Source: Octopus vulgaris | Lineage: Eukaryota | Direction of reading: 5' to 3' | Assembly (NCBI GenBank): GCA_951406725.2 | Contig: OX597815.1 | Location: 23,002,001-23,066,000 of the forward strand | DNA: 64,000 bases | Part shown: piece after piece, positions 1 to 10,939 of the stretch | Layout of the letters: every line of letters starts with the position of its first letter | Numbering within the stretch: the first letter of the stretch is position 1 | Notes under the pieces: generated by a model | Databases searched by the model: none | Seen by the model: the letters and a program-made list of their open reading frames with translations, nothing else | Told to the model about the DNA's origin: nothing | Position numbers and translations under genes: made by a program

Positions 1-1990
1 TCTGTATCTTACCTCTTATAAGATACTATCTACTATGAAAGAGTAGACAACTACTAACAATCAAAAATGATGAGCAAATTAAACACACTCATTTGTCAAA
101 ATCCACAAAAACTTAACGGAAAGGAATGCAACTATTTAACACATTTTGAATACAAAACCAGCAACCTCTACAAACTTCCAAAAATCTACAAGAGCAAAAT
201 AATTAATGAAGCATGCAAAAAGTCCACTTCAACCTGCTTCAATGTACCACACCCCACTGATCTCAAACTGAGACCAATTGTGGCAGGCCCAAATTGTGAA
301 ACACACAGACTAAGCAATTTTATAGACACTTGACTGGCCCTTGTGCCGGTAGCATGTAAAAGCACCCACTACACTCTCAGAGTGGTTGGCATTAGGAAGG
401 GCATCCAGCTGTAAAAACTCTGCCAGATCAAGATTGGAGCCTGGTGCAGCCATCTGGTTTGCCAGTCCTCAGTCAAATTGTCCAACCCATGCTAGCATGA
501 AAAGTGGATGTTAAACGATGATGATGATGACTACTAAAACCAGTTCTCAAACACATACCAAGTATTGTAAGAGATGACCTGGATCTCCTGAACCTCCCCA
601 AACACACCAACAGGGACATTTTCATTGTCTCCTTTGGTGTGATAAACCTCTACACTACAATTCCACACCAGTATAGACTGGAAGTAATAAGATTCTGGCT
701 GGAAAATACCCTAATGAGATCCTGGTAAGAATAGAAAAAGATTTTATCATCAAGGGACTAAAGTTCATTTTGCAAAACAACTTTTTTAACTTTAATGATA
801 ACACCTATAAACAGATATCAGGGACTGCGATGGGACAAGTATTGCCCCAACTTACACTAATCTAGCTATGGTTTACCTGGAAGTCCAAATATATGAACAA
901 TCCAAATCAAAATATGGCCTGAATTTCTACAAGTACCTTTAAGAGAATTGGAAGCACTACTTGAATGACTGCCTCATTCTATGTTGTTACACATTCGACC
1001 AACTAAATGAATTCAAAAACCTAATTAACAGCATCGACAATCATATCTAATTCACAATGGAATATAGTCAATACCAGCTGCCATTTCTAGACATCTTAAT
1101 CATAAAAAAAGATATGAACATTGAAACTGATGTCCACTACAAACCAACTGATTCCAAACAATACCTTCTAATCACCTCCAACCAACCAAAACACTCAAAG
1201 ACAAACATTCCTTTTAATCTAGTGAGAAGAATTTGTACAACTGTCTCAAATTATGAAACATGAGACAAAAGATTCCAAGAATTAGAGGAAATTCTACTCA
1301 AAAGAGAATACCTATCATCATTAATTGATAATGGAATAGAATGGGCTAAGGCAGTTGACAACCAAGATTTACAGAAACCAAAACACACACATAGTATACT
1401 AAATAGTCTTCCATTTCTCACAACACACAACCCAAGAAATACAGAAGCTTACACCATTATACATAAGGACATCCCATTACTGAGTGAAGACACATGATTA
1501 AAAAAAAGCACTCAAAACCCATAAAATAATAAAAAGCAAGAGACAACCTGAAAAAAATTACTCATTAATATAAAAATACACACCACAAGCCAAACACCAA
1601 CCATCAATAAATGTGGTCACTCTAATTGTGGGACTTATATTCACCTCATTGAAAGTACAATGTATAAATTTCAGTCAGGACACACTTTTGATGTAAAAAA
1701 TAATTTCCCCTGCACCTCAAAAAATTTAATGTATGTCATTAGGTGTAAAGGGTGCCACAAAGATTACATAAGGCAAACTAGCCTTACCCTCAGAGACAGG
1801 ATGACAGTTCACTGCCAACAGTTGCAGGACCCCACCACAAGACAGATACCACTCAGTGACCACTTAGATCTCTGTAAAAAATAAATCTTCCTAATTTCAA
1901 GTTTTCCCACTGTACATTTGCCCAGACAGCATCACTGACCAAAAACAAATAAAGAAAACATTTTTATTCGAAAATAGACCACAGTTAAGC
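1..1990 (+). mobile_element. Penelope-like element, degenerate RT + GIY-YIG ORF (5' end outside window)
   Basis: Broken frames read LYKLPKIYK, LRPIVAGPNCETHRLSNFIDT-LLKP, NLYTTIPH, YKQISGTAMG, LPFLDILI, YKPTDSKQYL, then CTSKNLMYVIRCKGCHKDYIRQT (GIY-YIG with CxxC); many stops and frameshifts. Confidence 0.92.
331..530 (+). mobile_element. RTE-type 3'-tail fragment with (GAT)n tail inserted in the PLE RT
   Basis: Same sequence family as the 3' UTR of the RTE LINE at 14705-15800; removing 331-530 restores IDT-LLKPVLKHIPSIVRDD in frame. Confidence 0.88.
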
Positions 1991-2065
1991 ATACTTTAAT
2001 ATCTTAAAAAATATACTCAGACTGTCAACTGGTGTTGGAACAACTAGGCAATACTTTAATTCCTA

Positions 2066-2530
2066 CATGCACGCATACCCCCTACACACATTCACACATA
2101 AACACAATATCCCTATCTCCCAGGAACCCAAGTCTACAACAAACACAGACACACTCATATATACCCATACACACACACACACCACACTAATGAACGCAAC
2201 ACACACACACTGCCCAAACAATTATAACACACACACACACACACATACCAATGTCCATGCACACACTGCCCTAACCAACGCAACACACACACCCAACATA
2301 CACACACATACACGCAAACCATCCCAACAAACATAACACACACATGCACAGACACAGTACTGAGACAAATATAACACACATACACAGGCATACACACATG
2401 CATACACACACACCACCCTGACAACTGCAACACACACACACACACACATAGACTCACACGTATACACACACAAATAGAACACACACTTACATGCATGCAT
2501 GTACACACAGTCATGCAAACACACACATTA
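2066..2530. repeat. Degenerate (CA)n-rich microsatellite
   Basis: Directly visible; source of the HT/VC low-complexity ORFs. Confidence 0.9.
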
Positions 2531-3234
2531 ATCCCCTATTCACATTTCCCAGAATAATACACACGCCAACCCAAACTACTGGCTCAGCAAACAAGACTTT
2601 CTTGGCTCCACAACATCTATTTGAAATCAGAACAATCATGAACTATCTTTTGATCATGTGACTGCCATCACTGTTTTTAAAGTGAAAGCAACCCTAAGCC
2701 ACCTTTTTTAAAAACAGAACCATCTTTTGATCATGTGACTGCCATCAACCAACCACATTATTTCTTAAAAAGAAAGCAATTTTGAGCCACCATTTCTATA
2801 TAAAATAGTAGTAACTGTCAAATTCCATCCAGATGCAAGATCCTACAGCCAGATCCGAGAACTATAAATAGTCTGTTATTTCTCTATTCACCTTTTTTCA
2901 ATTTAAGATGCTGCAAACAATTATGGTTTCTGATCACAGTGAGACTAAAACTTTAGCACCCACTGATTGACAAACCAGACATGATTTATCTTCTTGTCAA
3001 AGACTCTATTACTTGATTTGGATATATTTGTGTAAACTAATTTTTATCTTCTTAATGTAAAAAAATTTATTACCTGAGCTGAATGTTTTTATGTAAACTA
3101 TTTTTTGACTCATCACAGAGGATACACAAAGCTTCAGACTTTTTCGTATCATTGTCAAAGACTATCACTTGATTTGAATACATTTATGTAAACTAATTTC
3201 TGACACCAAAGAGATACACAAACCCTCATAATTT

Positions 3235-3274
3235 ACTTTTGAAAATCTTTTCAAATAAGTAAAACCGGTTAAGT
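3235..3274 (+). ncRNA. Decayed minimal type-I hammerhead motif at the end of the PLE 3' region
   Basis: ACTT|TTGAAAA|TCTT..AAGT|AAAAC CG GTT|AAGT: stem I ACTT/AAGT, palindromic stem III ACCGGT, U3-A8 covariant, but G12 changed to A. Confidence 0.45.
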
Positions 3275-3378
3275 TGATAAATATTTTTAAAAGACTTGCA
3301 TTTTCAGAGTTTTTTCTTTATATATATATATGCTGAAAATCTTCAGACATTTCATATGTCTAACATAACGCAATAAAG

Positions 3379-3469
3379 TGTTCCACTGACGATTTGTGGT
3401 TATTGCACGTGGAACATCCAATGCAGAAGATCCCAAGTAACCACTATGGTGAAACGGCCGTAGAGAACA
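3379..3469 (+). ncRNA. Type-I hammerhead-like motif with long stem II
   Basis: CTGACGA (3386-3392), GTGGTTA/TAACCAC stem II, GAAAC GGCC GTA (palindromic ACGGCCGT), TGTTC/GAACA stem I with mismatches next to the core. Confidence 0.55.
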
Positions 3470-3539
3470 AATGACAAAAAAATTGTGTTAATCATAATTT
3501 CTCGTGTGTGTGTGGTGTGATGTGGTTTAAAATTGTATT

Positions 3540-3720
3540 TAAAAAAAAAACAGAAGACAGAGATAGGTGAAGGAACAACAAACAAGGTGTATTAGTTTGA
3601 CGCTCAAGAAAAATGGAAGAGCCTTTAGCATTTCGAGCCTACGCTCTTCTACAAAAAAGAATGAGAAGAAAAAAAACAATGGAGAGAGGAAGGAAAATGG
3701 AGAGAGAAAAAACGTGTCCG
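3540..3720 (-). mobile_element. Interspersed repeat (probable PLE pseudo-LTR), homologous to 21840-22050
   Basis: Reverse complement shares TGTAGAAGAGCGTAGGCTCGAAA and flanks with the plus-strand copy. Confidence 0.65.
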
Positions 3721-6700
3721 GATTAACGGTTTCATATGCCGAATTAATCGATTAAAAAAAGTTGTAATTAAAATCTATAACTACAACTTTTATTCATTTT
3801 CTCTCTTTCTCTCTCTCTCTCTCTCTTGCCAGACTAATTTTTCTGCGATCTGAAGCATGCAATTTCTGGATTTTGAAAGGAAGCAAAAAAAGAAAGAAAA
3901 TTAGCATGCCTCATCAAAATATTTCCAAACCCCACTAGTGGGGAATGCACCTTACCTTGAGAACCACTGGTACCTATGAAAGGAACAAGCAATTGATTTC
4001 ATTTACGTTCATTCAACTTACTTTCAAAGCTGTGTTAGAGTCAGACAGAGAAAGACAAGCAGACAGACCTAGACAAACAGGCAGGCACAGACAGACAGTT
4101 TGTCTGTGTAAGTCTGGGAACTTTGCGGTGATGAACAATCTAAGAAACAACTAAAAGGTGCTAGAAAGAGTATTATAAATATATATTTCACTGGGTAACT
4201 TTTCAAATTGTGAAACACAACCTTTAGTAAACGAGGTTATTCCACCGGTTAGAAATAGCACAGCTGAAATGTTTCCTATTATAGGTCTGGTTGATCAAGG
4301 TTGACCTAAGACTAAACAATAACAACCTGACAGACCAAATCGCTTGTCCTGCTGGAAATAACAGTCAAATTACACTAAAAGATAGGGTAGTATTGGCGTC
4401 AGCACTTTTGATTACGGAGTTGCTTGCTCCATTCAGGTTGATGTAGGACAAAACAATAACAAACTTAGAAAATACAATACTTTCACATTTCTTTAATGAA
4501 GAAAACACCGACAAAGCTAACTAGACAGGTCAGTAATTAACATTTCAAATAACAGTAGCCGGCTGCTATTGTCAACATAACTTGTTTCCGTGTATTACGG
4601 AGAGTGTTTTAATGTTATGTTTGGCCCAAAACAAATAATCCCACCAATTCTTCTCTGTCGGCTAGAGGAAAATAAAGAACAGTACACCTATAATTAACAA
4701 AAGGCAAAACATCAGAAAAGACAATGCTAGTTTTCTTTCTTTCTTTCTTTGCTTGCTTCCTTTCAAAATCCAGAAATTGCATGCTTCAGATAGCAGAAAA
4801 ATTAGTGCGGGGTAGAGAGAGAGAGAGTGTGTGTGTGTGTGTGTGTGTCTGCGTAAACGTGTGAACATGTAAAAAGCACAATAATCAAGACTTTCCTTCG
4901 TATCAAACGATCATGTAGTGTTTGTTTCAAAGGATAAGCAACTAAATGAAGTTGAGTGACTATAGATATAAATATATGTGAACAGCTAATTTTCACAATT
5001 CAATAATGGGACACAAAAAACACAAGATTTGGATAGGTAGGTGAATAAGAATGCAAAAACAAAAATGGTTGAATTAAAAGAAAAAGAAAAGAGCAAATGT
5101 TTAACATAAGAAAAAAAAATTGAATTTCAAAAAGAGAAAGAGAGGGAGCTCGATAGAAGAAGAGGAAAAGTAACGTAAGCCGAGAGGGCGGCGGATTAGT
5201 GTGGGAAATCGTGAAGAGACGAAACGGTGACATGACAAGAGAGGGAAGGAGAAATATTGTGAGAAAGGGGTTGAGAGAGAAGGGAATATCGTGAAAGGCG
5301 AACGTGAGAGACGAGTCGGTAGAGAAAGAAATCATGGGAGATTGGTCAAAAGGAAGGGATCATAAGATGGTTTGGGGGAGGGAGAAAGAGAGATGGTAAA
5401 AGACAAGGCGAAAGTAAGAAGGGTGGTTTCGATAGAGAAGATATTGTAAAATTTAAGGCGTGAGACAGATGGTCAAGATAATTGATCGGTTTGAAAGGTG
5501 GTGGCAAAGAGATTTAAAAGTAGAGTAAACAAGAATAATGTGAAGAAACCTCCAATGGTGCAAGTAAAAGACGTTAAATGAGCAAATAGAAAAGGGTTGA
5601 AAAAAAAAAAAAAAGAGGGATGGAAATTGTCTTAAAGCAACAGGTGAGTGCATGTATGAGAGGGTCATTACAAAAACAAAGCAGGAAAAGGTTACGGAAG
5701 GAGAATTTGAGAAAGGGTGTCCGACAAAAAAAAAACAGCAAGAGACAACTCAACAAGAAAGGAAAAGAGCCGGACTGCAAAAATTAGTATTATTTCGAGA
5801 GAATTTGCAAGGGGAGAAGGTAGAAATATGTATGTCAGCCATGACAAGCAATCAAGTGGAAATGCAACGGCTATTATTACCACTACAATACTACCAACTA
5901 CTATGACCAGTTTAATGAGCATGTTCTTCGGACTGGAAAGTAGGTAGGGGAATACAAAAACGAAAACTAAAGCATATGACATCTGATGTATACCCTCTAA
6001 ATGGAAATCGAAGCAGAAAGTCATAAAGATAAATCGATCGGCCATAATAATGGCATCTGCTGCCAGCAAAAGTTACATATACGGGACAAAACTGCATAGG
6101 AGAAATCCATAACAGGTGAGTTAACTTTAGCCAGCTTTCTTATTCGATAAAGCATGCATCAAACAAGAAATAGATCAAAGCAATGCTGTTGATATTTGTA
6201 AACACCTTCAGATGATATTAAACAGTTAGCAACGATTAAATAAAAGCTATGCAAAAGAACGGGAGACACACTACTTCTTGTTGATGTATAGACAAAACGT
6301 CGTAAACAAACAAACATTACCAATTAGGGTTGGAGAGTTATTAATACGACAGGCGTGGTTAAGAGGCTTGAATATTTAGAATAGCATAGGACCCAGAGAG
6401 AAAAACAGTAAGGTTGTTGCAAAGCATGTGTAGGTTCAATAATAAAGTTCAAACCGACTAGAAGACCAGTGATAAGAGACAGGACGATACAATACAGAGA
6501 CTGAAGATTATTCAGCTTAAGAAAAGCTATACAGGTCAGATTTTCTTCTGGACAAAATATGGAATGTTAGTACATCTTAAGGATTGGAGTACCAACTGTA
6601 AAAAGAAAAGCGATTGGTTGCGATTTTGCTAATAAGAATAAAGGCATCTAAAGAAGATCATGATATATTCTGAAACCCAGCATAAAAAATTACGTGGATC

Positions 6701-6796
6701 CTTTGAGTTACCCAGTTCAGGAGATGTATGAATCTATTTTTCTTTGGAAAAAAAACTTCTTTTATCAGATATTGATTTCTACCATTGCAAGACTAC

Positions 6797-7391
6797 GGTT
6801 AACAAACAGCTTCACTTTGTAAAACAATGGAAGTACAGTGTCCTTAAGAAAATGAAAGTAAACTGCGATAGAAACCGGAAGTGATGATAGTGACATCCCG
6901 TAATTTAATGTAAACATTGTACGTGACGTACATATATTTAATTTAACATGAAAACCATATATATGTTTTATATAAGACAAAAAACAATCACGTTTACGTG
7001 AAAACAACAGTGCTCAATGCATGAAATATAATTCGTAGTAACTTTTCTAAATTTATTTCGCCACACATACTCATGAAAATAAGATGTAAATAGATCATCA
7101 CTATTCCCACATTGTTGCCTAAGTTTCTTCTTGGCGAGCATCTATCGTCCTTCTATAGTCTGCGTGTAGATGCTGTCATCGTTTGGATTAACAAAATTGA
7201 ATGAATGGTTGACAACTTATGAGTAAAGAAGTTGCAGAGACCTACATACAAAGTCCACCCAAAAGATACGAATGGGTTTTTATGAAACTGTGATATGTCA
7301 CTGAAATCACATCTGGTTTTTCCTACAATTTACTGTCATTTTTAAGGACAATTTACTTTTAGTATTTTCGTCAGTAAACTGCATGTTAACC
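6797..7391 (-). mobile_element. Internally deleted Merlin (IS1595-like) DNA transposon
   Basis: Degenerate ~100-bp TIRs starting GGTTAACA (6797-6896 / 7295-7391), imperfect 9-bp TSD CAAGACTAC/TAAGATTAC, minus-strand VNHSFNFVNP..YTQTIEG..AKKKL..LFTSYFHEYVWR. Confidence 0.8.
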
Positions 7392-7849
7392 TAAGATTAC
7401 AATTATTTGTGAGATACAATCAATTTAAAGATTTTTGTGCAATCACTCGACCTACTAAAAATAATTGCCAAATTTTCATCAATTTACATTCTAACGTCTT
7501 AAAGAGAAAGATACCTCTGAATAATGTAGTCACAACAATTGAAAATAAGTTTGTTTTTTATCATAGAAGCTCGATCAGAGCTGATCAAAGGTCAAACAAT
7601 AACTGGTATTTTATCGACTTCACATGATGAAAAGCAAAGTCGATATTAGAACGTAAAAATTCGACACTACAATGCATTTATTCCTTCGCCTCTTTTTGTC
7701 AATGACCTTGTCCTTGGATATTGTTAGATTCACATATTTCCTTTGATTGCATAAGGAAGATATACTTATAGACAGCCGGAGTAGATAAATGTTTGGCTGA
7801 ACCTGGAAGGAAGAGCTTTATCCATTGTCTTGGGAACTCTGAGGAAGCC

Positions 7850-8200
7850 AGTAAGATGATGCGGTGCTTGTTCCTCTTAATTGGAGAAACCTAAGTCCAA
7901 GGCTGCAAGAAATACGCGCAGAAGGTCGACATTTCGAGAATGAGGAACTGGACATAGCTAAGTGGGATAATACGAGTGACAAGATATAGAGACGAGTTGA
8001 GGTGTCTGAATGGATACGCCTGAATACGAGACCGATCACTTCCGCAGCAGTAACAGAAAAGGCAGAGAGGGGCAATAATACTGTAAATTGCGGCGTACAA
8101 TTCGAGCTGGCATGTTCATCGACCTCACGACATTTAGCTCAAATTTCTGGGTTGGACTTACCTAACGCAGAGGTTGACACCCAAGCATACAGTAAGTAAG
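7850..8200 (+). mobile_element. Possible degenerate L1/Tx1-type ORF2 fragment
   Basis: QGCK-IRA..FENEELDIAKW..RHLAQISG resembles the post-endonuclease region; weak and frameshifted. Confidence 0.3.
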
Positions 8201-8261
8201 CCTAAACCTGGACGGAAACTGCGTATACTATAGCGTTAATACTGAATTTAAAGTACTATCT

Positions 8262-8460
8262 ATTATTACCTCCGCCTTAGCGAAGGTGGGTGTATTGTTT
8301 TCAGACGTGTTTGTTTGTCCGTGGGCAAGATATCTCAAGAACCTCAAGATGGATTCGGATGAAACTTTCAGGGATGTTTGGCCTCATGACTGACACGAAC
8401 TGCTTAGATTTTGGAATCGATCTGGTACCGGTCAAGGATTCTGGATTATTTTCCAGTTTT
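8262..8460 (+). mobile_element. Helentron-associated (HINE/DINE-1-like) element 5' part
   Basis: TATTACCTCCGCC..subterminal inverted repeat, GTTT/GTCC microsatellite, then AAGATATCTCAAGAAC..GGATT..GATGAAACTTT core. Confidence 0.65.
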
Positions 8461-8559
8461 TTGTTGTTGTTTTTTTTTGTGTTTTTTTTTTTTTTGCTTT
8501 TTGTTTTTTACTAAATATTTGAGAGCGATCGGGTTCATTTTTAGTATTCTCGTTTGTGA

Positions 8560-10165
8560 GAGCAGTCGAGTTTATTTCAGATATTCTTATTTTAAAACTC
8601 ATCTCTGGCTAATCCTTGAGAGGGCGTTGGTGTTGCAGACTAACAACCTGTTTGTTTGTTCTTGACCACGGTTTTAGATTGTTGTAGCATGCTGAGGGCT
8701 TTCTCTTCGAGGCTGTCCGTTGTTGAGGTGTTGTGTATCACCGTCGAAGATTGTCGTTGGGCGACTCGCGTGTGAGTGTTTTTGCAGTTTTCTTCCCATT
8801 ATGGGGCTGAGGGGTTCGCTTTTCAACGTGGAAGGCGGTGAGAGCTCCGCATGGGCCGCTGCGATGGGTCGCCACTAGTAGGATTGAGATCCTGTCGGAG
8901 GATGGCGTGGAGGTATGTTTGGGATCCCTTTTGAAAGCGGCAGCTTTCGTTAGCCGAGGAAGGAAATGTGGTGCGGTGGAGGTGAGGTTTTCCACCGGGG
9001 AGTGGGCTGCCTCGCATTCCACCGCTGTTTTGCGTAGTGAAGGGGTGACGCTGTTGCCCACATGCAGGAGCGGGCAAGATGTACGAATTCGCGTTAGAGG
9101 GGTGCCGCCGGAACTGAAGCCAGAGTAGTTGGTGGAAGCTGTTGTGGTTGCCACCGAGGAGAGTCCCGAAGTGGTGTCGGTGGGAGGGGCGATCAAGTTG
9201 AGCCGGTGAAGTGTGGTGTCGAGATGTGGATTTTTGCCGCTTTCAAGGACATCGAAGGGGTCCCCTGCCAGATGGAGATTCCGAGAGAGGGTTCCCTTGG
9301 GGGTGGTTGAGGGGTGAGGACCAGGTGAGTGTGGAGTGGGAGGCCGCATGAGGGTGCAGTGCTCTGGGCGCGGACCTCCTCGGGGTGAGAGGGCTGTGGA
9401 GGGGAACAGGAGGCAGTTGGGACCGGAGTACCAAGTGACAGTGACGGACGGAGGCAGCAAGGGTGGTATGAGGTGCACCAGGGGTGCAGTCGGAGAAGGG
9501 CAGAGCGAGGGCGACGGGTTTATCGGCCCCAGGGGAAGGAGGGGGGTGACAACAGGGGAAGACTCTGAAGGACCAGCACCAGAACCGGATAAGACACCCA
9601 AAGACGATAGAAACAGAACCAAAGGAGCAGGAATCAGTAGAAGGGACTGAAGAGCAGGTTTTGAAAAATAAGGCATTTGTAGTTTACTACAGTAAGAATG
9701 TGGATGTGGAATAGAGGATTTCCAAGTGAAAGGGTTTAATAAGGGTGAAACTACTCAGGGAGGATTTCACGGATGGACAAGTGTATCATTGAACGAAGAC
9801 AGATACAATACGTTTATAAAAACATGCAAAGTATATAATTTCAATTGGCGGGCTCGTGGGGTTTGATACCCTACCACCCATAATTCAACATAAAGACTTG
9901 GAAAATTTTTAAATATTGCAGAATATGAACATTTAAAAATGAAGATGTGAACTTTTAAAAGGGAAAAAAAACTGTTCAAAAAATAACGTCTAAATGTAAC
10001 CCACTCGACTTCGGGGTCATTGCGACTCATCTTATCATTTTCATTCGTTCTTTTTAATTTTTCTACTTCACTCGATTTCTTTGTATTTTTTCCCCCGATT
10101 ATGTGTCCTGTATTGTTTTGTAATGTCCCATCTATGTTTGGCCCATTATAGGTATTTAAAAAAAT
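8560..10165 (+). mobile_element. Internally deleted L1/Tx1-like LINE (ORF1 remnant plus ORF2 C-terminus and 3' UTR)
   Basis: GC-rich ORF1-like AVEVRFST..VRIRVRGVPPEL, decayed zinc knuckle VVEG..P..CGVGGRMRVQC, K..WRAR-like C-terminal motif, 3' end similar to the tail of SINE family A. Confidence 0.6.
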
Positions 10166-10714
10166 CTGGACGCTGGTGTTGCCTTGGCGGATGGTTGCGT
10201 TAATATATGTTTAAAATGTTCACCAAAGACGAATTTCAGTTTCAAATATACGTGCGGCCGTCTGCTTGAATATGGTAAGTGGTGTACAGCGGGACATATT
10301 TCCTTGATGTTCATGAGTCAAATATAATACCCATTCCCAATTTTCTTTTCAAACACCAGAATAATTTGGGACTGATGAAAGGAAAGTTTTAAATTACTCA
10401 GAACGTATGAAACAAGGAATGATTAAAATTCTGGACGCAATCATGGACATTTAGGACAAGCAAGAGATTAAAAGTGATATTCCACTGGTTTAAAGACTCG
10501 CTTTTTATTCTTGTCGAATATGCTGGACCCTAGGCATAGAGAGATTTTTTTTCAGGCTTCAAAGTGTCCACTTGTACGCAGAAATTTATGGTACTTTCTA
10601 CTGTAAACTGCGTTGAGGTTAATCGCTAATGATTAACTATAGCACTTAGCTATTGTAAATAGATTACTAAACCAAATTAGCGAGTTGAATAAAATATCTT
10701 GCGGGATTTATACC

Positions 10715-10939
10715 TATTTCTTTATTACCCTCAAGGGGCTAAACAAGGACAGACATAGATATTAAGTCGATTACATCGACCCCAGTGTGTAACTGGTACT
10801 TAATTTATCGACCCCGAAAGGATGAAAGGCAAAGTCGACCTCGGCGGGATTTGAACTCACAACGTAATGGCAGACGAAATACCGCTAAGCATTTCGCCCA
10901 CCGTCCTAACGATTCTGCCAGCTCGCCGCCTTACACCAC
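10715..10939 (-). mobile_element. SINE family A (tRNA-like head, Meta-like central domain)
   Basis: Full head-to-tail copy; 13-bp TSD CGGGATTTATACC (10702-10714 / 10940-10952). Confidence 0.92.

Noticed and set aside
6140-6720. Possible very old R4-like RT remnant (DDIK, Y.YL-like words)
   Set aside because: Motifs too short and broken to support
8738-9676. 312-aa Pro/Ser-rich minus-strand ORF
   Set aside because: Antisense of a GC-rich LINE ORF1 relic; the recognisable motifs are on the plus strand
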